Below, piece after piece: positions 13,522 through 57,880 of a DNA stretch of 64,000 nucleotides. This DNA comes from Amoebidium appalachense (lineage: Eukaryota; Protista; Ichthyosporea). Position 1 is the first letter of the stretch. Each line of letters opens with the position of its first letter. The notes beneath the pieces are model-generated. The model saw nothing but the letters and a program-made list of their open reading frames with translations. It did no database searches and was not told the origin of the DNA. The position numbers and the translations under genes are program-made. Where the stretch lies: positions 5,384,640 to 5,448,639 of the forward strand of contig CAVNZM010000013.1 in assembly GCA_963693365.1 (NCBI GenBank), in the 5' to 3' direction.

Positions 13522-15293
13522 TTAGGCCGCGGCAGGGTGCAGGCACCTGTAATAGCGTGTAACTGTTGATCGGCTTACTGGCGTGCTTGTGCGCTTGTAT
13601 GTATACATGGTGGCAGAAGGTTGCACAGTGAGTTGAAGCAGTAACTTAGGAGGGGAGCCTCTGTGGGCTGAGAAGGCCCGGGGGCGGCGGTGAGGGGAGG
13701 GGGGGGAGGCGGGGGGGGGGGGGGGGGGGGGGGGGGGGGATATCGATGCTGTATGCTGTGTGTTTTTAATAGCTTGTGATGCTGTGATCTGGTGCCGGCA
13801 CAAAGGCCGACAGTATTTCCGCACAGCAAGGTACATATAGTATATATTTTAAAAATTAGATAACGGCGTTGCGGGATACTATAATATAATATCATGTGGA
13901 GATTGGAAAAAAACCAACTGCGTTGACCTGGTGTGTCTGGAATTGGGTGGGTCGGCAGTGACCAGGGTATACGTACATCTGATCGGCCTTCCTAGACTCT
14001 GACAAGTATTATAGTATGTTCTTATCCTCTTATTACGGTTCCCACCCACGGGGACTTTTTTCCCTATAAAAGGTTGGTGACTTTATTTATTTATTTATTT
14101 ATAGTTAACGAAATATCCGCTGTCTCAATGATGATGCGAATTGATATAGCCTGGGGCTGCCAGCCGCTGTTGCTGTATGTACATAGTAAGTGAAACCGTA
14201 GAACAAATACAGTTTTTTCTTGTTTTTTTTCTTTTCGTGTTTTAAATTTTTAAATTTGTAAAGCGAAGCAAACTATTACAATCCCTTGTGAAGAGGTAGA
14301 GGGAAACAAGGCCTTTCTTCCGTGTCCCGTGGTGCACGAAGTGAATATCAACTGAATCATCGGTTTTATATCTTGTGGGCCAAATTTTTTGTATGATAGA
14401 ACTTCGTCATGCCAGTCTTTAAAGTTTATCCAAGGACTCTTACTGCCAGTTCCTTTATAACCCCCTCCCCCCCCCCCCCCCTCCCCCACGCCCATCCCTC
14501 CAGGCTCCTCACCTACCGTTATGCGCCTCCGCTCCCGCACACATGCACGCACGTGCGCATTCGAATTCAAGCACACACGCCCGCGTACACACACGCGCAC
14601 ACACATTTGGGTGCGCACACATGAACACACACATGCACACACACACGTACACACACAGGTGCTCGTCCAAACACACGTGTACACACGCACACGCATCACA
14701 TCTACACACCCGCATGTGCACTGTTATGCACACACCCGCGCAGACGCACTGAGCGGAGGGGGAAATTCTTGTAGGTGAGGGGTGGGGGGGTGGGGGAGGG
14801 AGGGGGGGAGGCAGAGCCCCCCTCCCCGGAACCGAAAGTGGCTGAACTTCAAACCCCGCAACACACTTTCTCCGAGTTATGTCATTATCATGTAAGGAGA
14901 TTCATTAGATTCCGCAACCTTTTTGCCTACTCGAGCTCTATCCAGCCCCCCTCCCCTCCCCCCCCCCCCCCCACACACACACACCTCCCCCCGTCCCCTT
15001 CTTCCCTGCCGCTCGAGCTCAATGCTATCCTAATTTCCATATTCAATATGATGGAGGATACATGGTAACCTTGGCGCCATTATGCTTACGGACCATTAAT
15101 CAATGCGAAGGGTCTGAAAATTATGCCGCGTGACTATCGTGCTAATTGTGCCCATATGTGCACAGGCACATGTATCCTGGTGACATGAAATGCTGGTCAA
15201 CACTGGCAAAAAAACACACACGTTTACTTACCTATTATCAGGTGTCACGGTATCTGCACAATAACATACCACCTACCCAAAACATGGCGACAT

Positions 15294-15705
15294 AAGGGAT
15301 TCTTGATTTTGAAACGGGGGGGGGGGGGGGGAACCCCCCCCCCTGGACAGGTGGGTCCCCCTCCCCCCCGTAGGGAGAGGGGGGGGGGGGCCCCCCCCCC
15401 CTCCGGCTACTAGGGGGGGGGGGGGGGATCCACCTGTGTGTGTGTGTGTGTGTCGAGAGGCAAAAGAGGACTCAATTTGGAGATTCAGCACACAAGCTTA
15501 TTTGTGAAATCAGGCAAAACATTGCGAGTTTACAGTCCATTCCCCCCCCGGAGGGGGGGGGCGGACCCACCCACCCCTGCGGCTACCTTGGGGAGGGGGG
15601 GAGGGGGGTACCACCAGGGGGAATTTAGATATTTACTACTCCCCCCCCCCCCCCCCCCCCTCCCCCCCCCCCCCCCCCCACCCATTTCAAATTCAAAAAT
15701 CCCTG
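15294..15705. mobile_element. MITE-like element with imperfect ~24 bp terminal inverted repeats (hAT-like CAGGG end)
   Basis: Left AAGGGATTCTTGATTTTGAAACGGG versus reverse complement of right CAGGGATTTTTGAATTTGAAATGGG; interior of alternating G and C runs. No target-site duplication recognised. Confidence 0.6.
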
Positions 15706-15848
15706 AGGTAAAACATGTGCACGCACGCGCGCGCATGCCACCATGTGGTGCGGGGCAGAGGAGGGGAAAGGGGTATTAGGGGAAACAAGCCATATATATC
15801 ACCTGCACACACGCACACACGGGCACACACACACGGGCGCGCGTACGC

Positions 15849-15893
<45 letters not shown>

Positions 15894-16652
15894 TCCACAC
15901 AGAGACAGACGGATAAACACGGTATACTATTTCCCATACAAGCAGGCAGACTTTGCGCACCCACAGAGTATCTACAAAATGGCAGATGAAGAATACCCTC
16001 ATCGTAGTACGCAGGTACCTGTGCGACAAACACAGACACAAACACCTGATACAGTCGTGCGACAAACAGTCGTCAAACATAGACACAATCGATTGCAAGG
16101 ACATTCTTGCGAAAAACCGAGACCGTTTGCAAGTACACACATGCAAGCCACCCACCCGCTCACAAACACAGTCACGATTGCATTTCAATTCAAAGGCGAA
16201 CACGGGCAGGGAAATGTCCATGTCACTGGCACATTAAGACCACCAATTTCTAGCACCGACGTGACCGAGCTTTGGTTTATTTAGGTTCTGAGTTTCGAAT
16301 TCAAACGGTTTCAAGAGTCAAGTTTGCGCCTTTCTTGATTCCTTCATGAATAAAGAAATTCTTCGCTTATTCTTGTGCCCAAACACTAAGGATGCAACTC
16401 TCTAAACGGTGCCCAACTCACTTAACTTTTATACTGTAAAAACCCCTTCCCACGCCCACCCCCCACGGTCCACCACCAACTCACCCACCCACCCCACCCA
16501 ACCACCCACCCTCGAGGATCCTCTCCTGGCCTCAGCCTAGTTCTCTAATTTTTATTTTCTACAAATTTAGGTACATTAAGTGGGTAAAACGAATATCATT
16601 TCGATTGAAGTGGACAACAGTAAACATTCACACATTCCCTTCGATTTTTCAA

Positions 16653-17036
16653 TCACGGCGAGTTGAAGTAGAAAGGCTTGCAGCAGTAGTCGTATGTGCA
16701 GTGCTCGGTGGAGTCGGGGCGGGGCTTGCAGCGCAAGATGGTGTTTGTCTTGGGGTCGGTCTTGTACGTGGACCCCGGCAGGCACGTGATGACCGTGTTG
16801 CAGGGCACGTACGAGGGCGGCACGGCGCAACAGTAGTCGATGGTGCAGGGCTGTGTGGTGGCTGTGCGGGGCTTGCAGCGCATGATGCCGTGCGTCTTGG
16901 GGTCCTTCTTGTAGACGTTGCAGTCGACCTTGCTGTCGCACGAAACGAACGAGGAGGTTGTGTCGCGACGTGCCGCGTCGGCAGTGCCAGCAGCGGCAAG
17001 GGCGGCACAGGCGGCAATAACAACCTTCATAACCAT
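16653..17036 (-). CDS. Small secreted cysteine-rich protein, copy 3 (127 aa)
   Basis: Near-identical intronless paralog with a TGA stop; start assigned by alignment to the other copies. Confidence 0.92.
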   Translation of the reverse strand: MVMKVVIAACAALAAAGTADAARRDTTSSFVSCDSKVDCNVYKKDPKTHGIMRCKPRTATTQPCTIDYCCAVPPSYVPCNTVITCLPGSTYKTDPKTNTILRCKPRPDSTEHCTYDYCCKPFYFNSP

Positions 17037-17129
17037 TTCTATCTTGCGTTTCAGGCTCTTATATAGCCGAGTGGTTCTTACGTATGTATTTGAGACCTTG
17101 GAGAATTCTGACGCGGTCCCATGCAGTGA

Positions 17130-17525
17130 TATGTTTATATAGTCCATGGAATTGTTGCTTCACCAATCAAAATGCTTCCATAATAAAAACAAAAATAGCC
17201 AATCAGACATAGCAGGGCTAAGCTTGAGCCGGCTAGAGCGGATAGGCCTATGTGTGCAAATAAAAATGTCAATACATAGGTTCTCGTTTTTTTTTTAACT
17301 TCTAAGCCTTAATAGCAGTGATTAGTAGTATGTATTGCCCGGCCATCATTTGCGTGCATGGGCCCCAGTAATTTGCAAGTAACTTTCGAAAGTATGCTTA
17401 TATATATATATAATTTATAACCGAAATAATTGGCGGACATGTTTAGGCCAATAAAAATAGATTACGAATTGATTTATTTTATTGCCATTGGCTGATGGCG
17501 AAGATGCAGTGGGTATATTTACAAA
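17130..17525. promoter_or_regulatory. Divergent promoter region of Cys-rich copies 3 and 4
   Basis: Towards copy 3: TATATAAA on minus at ~17134-17141 and CCAAT at ~17163 and ~17199. Towards copy 4: CCAAT ~17448, ATTGG ~17487, TATATTTA ~17514. Confidence 0.55.
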
Positions 17526-17647
17526 AGTCCGCGTACCAAAGGACCAGATACACCAGACGCACACTTGAGCTACCTCGGAGACGAGACATAAACAGTTGTA
17601 CAACTCCCTAACACCCGCTCGAGCACCCACAATTATCACAAACCAAA

Positions 17648-18031
17648 ATGGTTATGAAGGTTGTTATTGCCGCCTGTGCCGCCCTTGCCGCTGCTGGCAC
17701 TGCCGACGCGGCACGTCGCGACACAACCTCCTCGTTCGTTTCGTGCGACAGCAAGGTCGACTGCAACGTCTACAAGAAGGACCCCAAGACGCACGGCATC
17801 ATGCGCTGCAAGCCCCGCACAGCCACCACACAGCCCTGCACCATCGACTACTGTTGCGCCGTGCCGCCCTCGTACGTGCCCTGCAACACGGTCATCACGT
17901 GCCTGCCGGGGTCCACGTACAAGACCGACCCCAAGACAAACGCCATCTTGCGCTGCAAGCCCCGCCCCGACTCCACCGAGCACTGCACGTACGACTACTG
18001 CTGCAAGCCTTTCTACTTCAACTCGCCGTAA
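17648..18031 (+). CDS. Small secreted cysteine-rich protein, copy 4 (127 aa)
   Basis: Near-identical intronless paralog with AAAATGG start; divergent from copy 3. Confidence 0.92.
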   Translation: MVMKVVIAACAALAAAGTADAARRDTTSSFVSCDSKVDCNVYKKDPKTHGIMRCKPRTATTQPCTIDYCCAVPPSYVPCNTVITCLPGSTYKTDPKTNAILRCKPRPDSTEHCTYDYCCKPFYFNSP

Positions 18032-18335
18032 AAATAGCCCAGGAAAAGTTACAGCACCTATGTATAGTCGAACACATACCTGAATAACCGAATTTTTGCA
18101 GGTGCATATAGCAGCATGTATTGAGCATATGCACATATGCATACATTGAGCATATGTATTATGTAACAGCTGTTTTGTATTTCAAACACCTTACCGTTAA
18201 TTAACAATATTGATATCGATGGACAAGCGCAACAGATGCTTGCAATAAAACAGAGTTCAATATGGCGAAGAAAAGCACGCCTAGCGAATGAAAAATCCTG
18301 CGTGTGTAGCTGCATCGTTTCAGTGTTACAAATCG

Positions 18336-19120
<785 letters not shown>

Positions 19121-19831
19121 TGTGCGCGGAGTAGATCCCGATGATGTTTGCTCTGCTTTCAATTGAATGCTTTTTTGTTACATAGTGCACGAGTGTAATA
19201 AGCCGAATTCGTGCTCTTGTCATGATGTTGGATTCTGGGGCCGGGGCGGTTGTTGCGGTGGGACCGGGGCAATAACTGCTGTAGTTCCCACGTCAATCTA
19301 GTCGTGCATACGCCAACTGAATGGGCCTGATCTTGCGTGCACCGTGCACCCCTCCCAGAATCAACAATATCCCTGGGCGTCCCGCCTCTGGTAGAGATCT
19401 CCCTCAGGCTCACCTTCGGATCCCCTCCCACGTGCACGCGTGCACACCTCCACACCTCGAGCTCGGGAGTCGAGGTGGGCGGTGGCCACGGCGTCCACTC
19501 TCCTTACAAAAATCTTACCCCCCCCCCTCCCCCCCCCCCCCCCCCCCCCCTTCCCCGGCCACTCCTCCGACCGTGGCACCACCATGCACTCACTCATGCA
19601 CGTGCACTCTTCTACCACAACCCACATTCCAAAATGATTGCGCAAACCATACGGATACATTTGATTGGGTGTTTCCAAAAAATGCGGATGACGTCATGGA
19701 AACGGCAAGTCCTCGCGCGCGCACCGTCACCGTGTTACCCTTTGGAGAGCCTCGGCGGCAACCTTTCAGTGTATGCTTTGCAACGACGGTAGTACTGTGT
19801 AGAGACAGAAAACGTATACGTAGCAATAAGA

Positions 19832-26514
<6,683 letters not shown>

Positions 26515-27387
26515 TGAGAGGGAGAGAGAGAGAAGGGGGGGGAAAAGAGGGAGGGGGAGGGGAGGAGAGGGAGGAGAGGCAGAGGGAGGGAGGGAGAGAC
26601 AGGGGGGGATGTGTAGGTTTGGGTGGGTGGGTTGATGGAGAGATGGGGGGGGGGGGGGGGGGGGGGGGGGGAGGAGGAGAGGGAACACCGGCGAGAGAGA
26701 GGAGGGAGGGGGATAGAGAGTTGCAGTGGAGGGGAAAGGGTGAGGGGGGGGGTTGGTTGGTAATGGCTTGGCCCATTTCGAATCTGTAATGGAATGTTTG
26801 CTGATGAAATATCACACTTCTGTTATGTGTCGTCCGATGATAAATTTAGTTTGCAAAATTGAAGAGCCTCTGAAGTACTGAATGCCGTAAATTAGGGATA
26901 ATGACTGGATATGATATTTATAATACTATAAAAAAAGTAGGAATATGGCCGTAATTTGAGATCCATGTGTTAATATGCAGAGTGCTAGTGGCCGTCTGTA
27001 TGTCATAGTGTATGATGAATAAAGGTAACTTAAGCTATTATTTTTTTTTGCTCTTAACTACATTATATGTGCAGGCCACACTTGCATGCAGGTGTGTGTG
27101 TGCATGTGTGTGCTCAGTGAATGCTTGTGCAGGCGTGTGTGCCTGTGTGAGCCTGTGTGCTTGTGTGTGCGACCCCGACTACCTGCCTGAGCTCGTGCCT
27201 GTGTGCATGTGTCTGTGTTGCACTGTGCACGTGCGTACGCGCACGTGTGTACCGAGTGTGTCTGCTTCTGCTGCGTGCGCACATGTGTGCGTGTACAGCT
27301 ATGTACATCATGTGTGCATACGCGTGTTCCCGGGGGGGGGGGAGAGGGGGTGGGGGGGGGGGTGGGGGGGGGGGGGGGGGGGGGGGG

Positions 27388-27469
27388 AAGAATTGATGTG
27401 CCACACAGCAGAAGAACCAAATTACTACTTGCAAAAATGATGCCACTATCATCATGGATGTCCCCCCGT

Positions 27470-27537
<68 letters not shown>

Positions 27538-27619
27538 AAGAATTGATGTGCCACACAGCAGAAGAACCAAATTACTACTTGCAAAAATGATGCCACTATC
27601 ATCATGGATGTCCCCCCGT

Positions 27620-27620
<1 letters not shown>
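27388..27620. repeat. Perfect ~82 bp tandem duplication separated and flanked by poly-G
   Basis: AAGAATTGATGTGCCACAC...GGATGTCCCCCCGTG at 27388-27470 and 27538-27620. Confidence 0.85.
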
Positions 27621-27662
<42 letters not shown>

Positions 27663-28541
27663 AGTGACTCGGCGACGTCGCGTCAGGGACAGAGGCTATC
27701 GCGCAGGCCAGCTGCAGTCTTAGTCTATTTATAGTGCAATGTTGCTTAGAGTAGATCATGCTGCTTAGAACCATTCGAGTGTTTCTTTAGTTTTAAGAAT
27801 TCACAGGCACCATACTCATGTAGTTGTGTGACAATTTGATACATACGTGTGGTACCTCAAATTGTACGTGTAATGTGTTTTTGTCAACAAGGCTACATGT
27901 GTGCACAGAGATTTTTAGATGCACATGCTAATAATACTCTTGAATATGTACAGGCAATTAAAATAACAGAAATGGGTGGCTTTTGGGCGAGGAAAAACAT
28001 CTTGCACACACCAGGATTCTGTTTTGTAGTGTGTGGAGAATGTCTGTCTACCCACACGTGCATGTGTGTGAGTGCATCCATATTGGCACGAGCACTCTCT
28101 ATCAAGCAAACACTTTGCGGGTATGCATGTTCAACGGCACCACCTACATTTATATACATCGCTCACCCACCCAACACCAACCTACTCTACTAACCAACCA
28201 CACACCCGCACACCCATGCACCCACCACCACACCTACACACCCATGCGATAACACCAGTATTTACTGTTTTCACGTGCGACTTACCACAACGTTTATACA
28301 CAGAAATTTAGCGCACAGTCAGTCCCAAACCCGAGTCATATGTAACAAATATGTTGCCATTCCTCCAAGATCCCCTTATATGGCAAGGCAAAATTCCGCA
28401 TCTTTAAAGAAGAGATTTCCCACAAACAGACTAAAACCATGTCGTTAATTCCAGTTAATTACTAAGGTCACATTGGCCTCATGCCGGCGTCATATTAACG
28501 TCACGCAGGGAAAATACCGAAATAGACCTTATAGGTGCACC

Positions 28542-41541
<13,000 letters not shown>

Positions 41542-43161
41542 GACAATAACATCTGCTTTGTATCCTCGAAGAACAACAGAACAAGAATGCGAACACGCTA
41601 TGTGGTTATTGTTTGTGCAATTAACGGGATGTGTGGCTACTGTCGTGGATGTTCGTGTGTAGTAGCTACAGATCTGATCTACGTGCTTGTGTTTGTTTTT
41701 TGTAAGTGCGTATGCGTGTGTCTTACATATACTTGTGCGTTTATTATATGTTTTTGTGAGCATATGCGTGTGTGTGTGCGTGTGTGTGTTGTACGTGTGT
41801 GTTCACTCTGAATATGTTCAACCGTACGACGTAGCAGTTCCGAGTCTCTGCTCGCAAGAGTGTACGGGTTGGCTTGCTTTGGGCAGAAACGTTCTGTGAC
41901 AGGGGACGCACAGTGATGGTCTCTGACAGCTATCACGGAAAAAACAGCTTCAATCGTAACTACCCTTCCCTCCTTTTCTTCCTGCCTTTCTTATCTCCCC
42001 CCCTAACTCAGTCTAACAGTTACACCTTAGACTTGTGACAACTATGTACCGGCAGCTGTGACTGAATGACCAGCTGGTGAAGCTAAAATTGCATGTGATC
42101 GTATGGCAATCTGATTCGTTTACAAGGCCTCACCTTACGTAAGCGCGCCTCGGCAATTGGACTAAACTGCATCTACATTGTGTCTAGCCGATATTCCTAC
42201 ACATGTTTTTTGTTGTTTTATAAAAAGTATACAAGTTGTGACCGTCTTGAATGAACTTCAAGCTTGGGTACGTATACTGTAATAATAATATAACTGCAGT
42301 GTCGTAGTGTACTCAAGATTTTGTTTCAGCGTTCAGTACCTTGGCACTCTGATCGAGCCTTTTCGAGTACAGTGCATTATTCGATACTCAATAGTATAGT
42401 ATGAATGATTAGATATACCGTGTTCCTAAATATTAGTATTACATTGTGCTCAAAACCATAGTGTTGCAATACTGTAATGTACTCACGGTTTTTTGAGCTC
42501 GAGCCCAACATGCTCACACACTGTAATTAGTACATATAAATAGGTTTAGACTGTAACAGTTGGTAAAATGCACTGTACAGCTGTACCCGGCAAAATTCCA
42601 TGTACTGTTCTTTTATTCCGAACTGTTTCAGCTCTACATATATTTTATTTTGGCTACAGTGCACTGTTATTCTGGCTATAGTACTCAACATACCCTGTAC
42701 TGTACTGAACCCTTTTTAAATTTCAGGTACAGTGTTCTGTATTAGATCAGACTGTTTGTTTTCTACACTGTTCTGAACCAGACTCAAAAGAGTAAAAGCT
42801 GTATTAAACACACCGAGCAATATGAATTCTGAATCAATTAATTCGGACGGCTGTAACTACGTAGCTTATCAGTGACGTACACTCTCGTACCAAAGGTCAA
42901 AGGATCGAGGTCTTAGACAAGGGGAACCTGCAGCAAGAGAGGAAAAAAGCAGGGTCTTGTAAAACTAAAAAAAAAAGAAGAAAAGAAAAAAAAAAATCTG
43001 GGGGTTGAGAGGGCTCCGAAGTTGACGGCACAAACGCCGGCAGTGATCGTATGCTTAATGATCGATTATTAATCTGATTGGCCCTAAACAAACATTTACA
43101 GACCCAGATATAAGGAACAGAAAACACCTTTATATAGGAGCAGGTAAGTAGCATAAACATT

Positions 43162-54362
<11,201 letters not shown>

Positions 54363-55212
54363 CTCCTCGAACTCGAAATGCAGCGGACTCGAATGCGGTG
54401 TTTGTTTCAGCAAGAAACAAGCGTTTACAGCGTACGTGGGCTAAGTGAGATGGTTTTTCTCGTTTTTTCAAAACTTTTGCATAAGTTGAGCACTACGGTG
54501 AGCGAACCCAACTGCAAGCTTGCTTTCCGCACGGGTCAGGCTCTGTACTGTCTGAGTCTGTCAGGCCTGGGTCAGGCTGATTGGCTGAAACTGTAATATC
54601 AGATCAACAAAAACCAACAGATGATTGGTCTGAGCGAGAAATGGCGGGAAACCGGATCCGGATTCACTGAATAGGGTCTACTGTATGTCTCACTGAAGGT
54701 CTGTGGCGGTCGAGTCATACTTCAAGCCTTTTCCTCTCTCTGAAGAAATACGCTGTATAAGCAAAAAAGAAAAATGTTTTTTGTTTTGGCTCTAGTATGT
54801 ATATAAGGCAGAAGTAACAGTATAAGAGAAGCAGATTCAAAACTGTTCACAATATGAAATCAACAGCAAAGCACTGGTCGACCTGTCGCAATCGATTTCG
54901 CACGCTAGAAGCTTTAGCTGACAGGTAACACAATTAAACGTACTTTAAAACTAAGAAAAGGGCAGAACTTTTATTCAATGTAGGTTAAAACACCTGAATA
55001 AAACATTTTAAACTTTTGTTTTTGCCGTTTTGGTGCTCTATTCTGATTGGTTAACGCTCTTTATGCGTTCTGATTGGCAAATCCAACGGCTCACTGACAC
55101 CTTGGCGGCGGCACACACACGCGACTTGAAAAAAAAAACCACCACACATAATTTCCACCTGTCAGTTTCTATTCTTCTCCTCCGTCTTTTTCCGTCTCTG
55201 GGAAGAAAGAAA
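54363..55212. promoter_or_regulatory. Bidirectional promoter region between the CoA-transferase and HADH
   Basis: 850 bp between divergent ATGs, free of microsatellites. GATTGG (reverse CCAAT) pairs at ~54579/54623 and ~55045/55072. Confidence 0.6.
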
Positions 55213-55760
55213 ATGCTGTCCAGCGCCAACATTGCCCTGAAGGGCGCCCGCCTTTCCGGGCTTTCTCTCCTCTTTGCGCGCTGCATGAGCACGGCAAGCC
55301 CCATCAAGAAGTTAGTGGTTATTGGCAGCGGGCAGATGGGTGGTGGCATCGCTCAGGTGAGACGGAGTGAGGGGTTGGGGAAAAAAGAAAAACGGAGTGG
55401 GAGGGAGAAAGAAAGTAAGGTCGAAGTAGAATAATTTATGTGAGGGAAGCTATTAAAAGCATGAACGAAGAGGATGGTATGCTTTTGCGGTCACGTCTCT
55501 CCTTTCCTTGTGCTTTCAGTAGCCCACCCTTCCGGCATATTCTGATTCCTGACAGGTGTCAAAAGTCCAAGGCATCGGCGGGTTGAAGCCAACTTCCCCC
55601 GCCCCCCCCCCGCCCCCCCCTTTCCCCCCTCCCCTCCCCCCTCCTTTTTCCAACCTCGCCCCTTCCCTGCAATAAATGTTTTAGCTTGCACGCCTCTCCC
55701 CCCCCCCCCCTCCTCCTCCTCCCCGGGAGGGCCACACACCACTACATCACAACCGCAAAC

Positions 55761-55791
<31 letters not shown>

Positions 55792-56018
55792 ACACACTCC
55801 ATCTGCCCTTCCCTCGCTGCTTGTTCACCCACCCTACACCCCTCTCTTCTCTTTCTCCCTTCCCTTTAAGCCCTCCTCCCCCCTTCCTCCCCCCCCCTTT
55901 CTCTCCCGGATATTCGGCCAAGCCGTGCCTGCCTGTCACTTTTACCAACAGGTCTTTTCCTATGTCAGTTCACAAACACGGCAACACCCATGCGATACAC
56001 ACTCTCTTCCACTTGCTG

Positions 56019-56063
<45 letters not shown>

Positions 56064-57633
56064 CCCTCCCCTCTCCCCTCCCCCCCAACACCCCCACCAC
56101 CACACACACACCTTCTAACACATCGACATCGTGGCTCCCTAGCCCCCCCTCCCCCCCCCCCCCCCCCCCCCCGCTATCCCTACCACCCATTCCCTAAAAG
56201 CACACATACACGCACGCACACACACGGTTAAGCCCCCCCCTCCCCCCCTCCCCCCGTCCTTCGAACACACATGTACACGGATACCCACCTCCCCACACAC
56301 GTACACATGTACACACACACACACGTGCACGTGCAGGCAAGCGCGCAGACCGGCCATGACGTGACGCTTGTGGACATGAACGAGGAGGTGCTGAAGAAGA
56401 ATCTCGAAGTCATCCGCAAGAGCGTCGAGAGGTTGGCAAAGAAAAAGTTCAAGGAGTCCCCTCAGGTAATTTTTCCCCGTCCTCCCCCCCACTCCTTCCC
56501 CCCCTCCCCCCCCCCCCCCCCTCTCTCTCCCTTCCAGCCCAGTCCATCCCCCCCCCCCCCCCATAAATTGTGGTCTTCTTTTTGGTCATCTTTCCTTCTT
56601 GTCTCTGTTCTCTGACCTCACCTCCCCGCCCCTCCCCCTCCCCCCCCTCTCCCTCCAGCCCCCTCCTCCCCCAACCCTTTCCACCACCCTACCTGAGGTG
56701 TCTATGGCCGGATTGTTGAACGCATGTCGTGGGGAATAGGAGAGGGGGGAAGGGGGGGTAAGGACAGTATCAACACTTGCATTCTCTCTGAGAGTCATCT
56801 GGCCCCCTACATGACACATCACCCCCCCCCCCCCCCCCCCTGGCCCCTGTTCTTCTTCCCTCTTCCTACGTCCCTTCTCACCTAATTCCCCTTTCCTTTC
56901 CTTTTTTCCATAATGTTGGGGTTAAAGAGAGGAGGTTGCTCGGGACAAGGGCTCGGGGGGGGGGGGGGGGGGTCAAGGTTACGATTCCCCTTCTCATTTG
57001 TTGACTGGCTTTTACAGGCGCAGGAGTACGTAGCCACGACCATGGGGAACATCAAGACGGCAACGGATGCTAAGGCCGTGGTGTCCGATGCAGACCTGGT
57101 CATCGAGGCTATCGTCGAGGTGTGTGTGGGGGGGGGGGGGGGGGGGGGAGGGAGGAAAGGGGGATATGAGGGATGTGGTTAGGAGTCTGGTGTGTGTGTG
57201 TGTGTGTGTGTTGGGGGGGGGGGGGGGGGGGGGGCAAGTGGGATTGATAAATGGGGGTAAAGAAGTGGTGGGGGGAGAAGATTATGTCAGGACAAAAACT
57301 GACCTTTGGAGTGGAAGGGGGAGGGGGGGGGGGGGGGGGGGCAACCGCGGACTAGGTTTAGGAGGCAGGCAAGGAAGTAATTTTATTTGAGCAAGATTGT
57401 AGGGGGGAAGGGGGTTATTTTTTTCGGCCGGCGGGGGGGGGGGGGGGGGGGGGGTTCAGTGGCAGACCTGAAATGAAATCTAACCGAAAACCTTATGTCA
57501 CCAGAACCTCGACATCAAGAAGAAGCTGTTTGCCGGGCTGGATGCTGTGGCCCCAGCAAAGACCATCTTTGCCTCAAACACATCCTCCCTCTCCGTTACG
57601 GACATTGCCAGTACCTCCCAGAGAAAGGCTTGT

Positions 57634-57687
<54 letters not shown>

Positions 57688-57837
57688 CCACCCACCCACC
57701 CTTCAGAGACACACATACACAATCTCATACTCGTGCTCACACAAGAGTTAGTCTAGAACACGTATGTGCGAGTTTTTTTGCTTTGCACTGTTGTACTTTT
57801 TTGGACTGTTTACTCACTTATTGCCCCTCCCGCCCAC

Positions 57838-57880
<43 letters not shown>

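Noticed and set aside
27430-27470. C/D snoRNA (ATGATGA on minus) in the duplicated cassette
   Set aside because: No D box (CTGA) or terminal stem within the unit.
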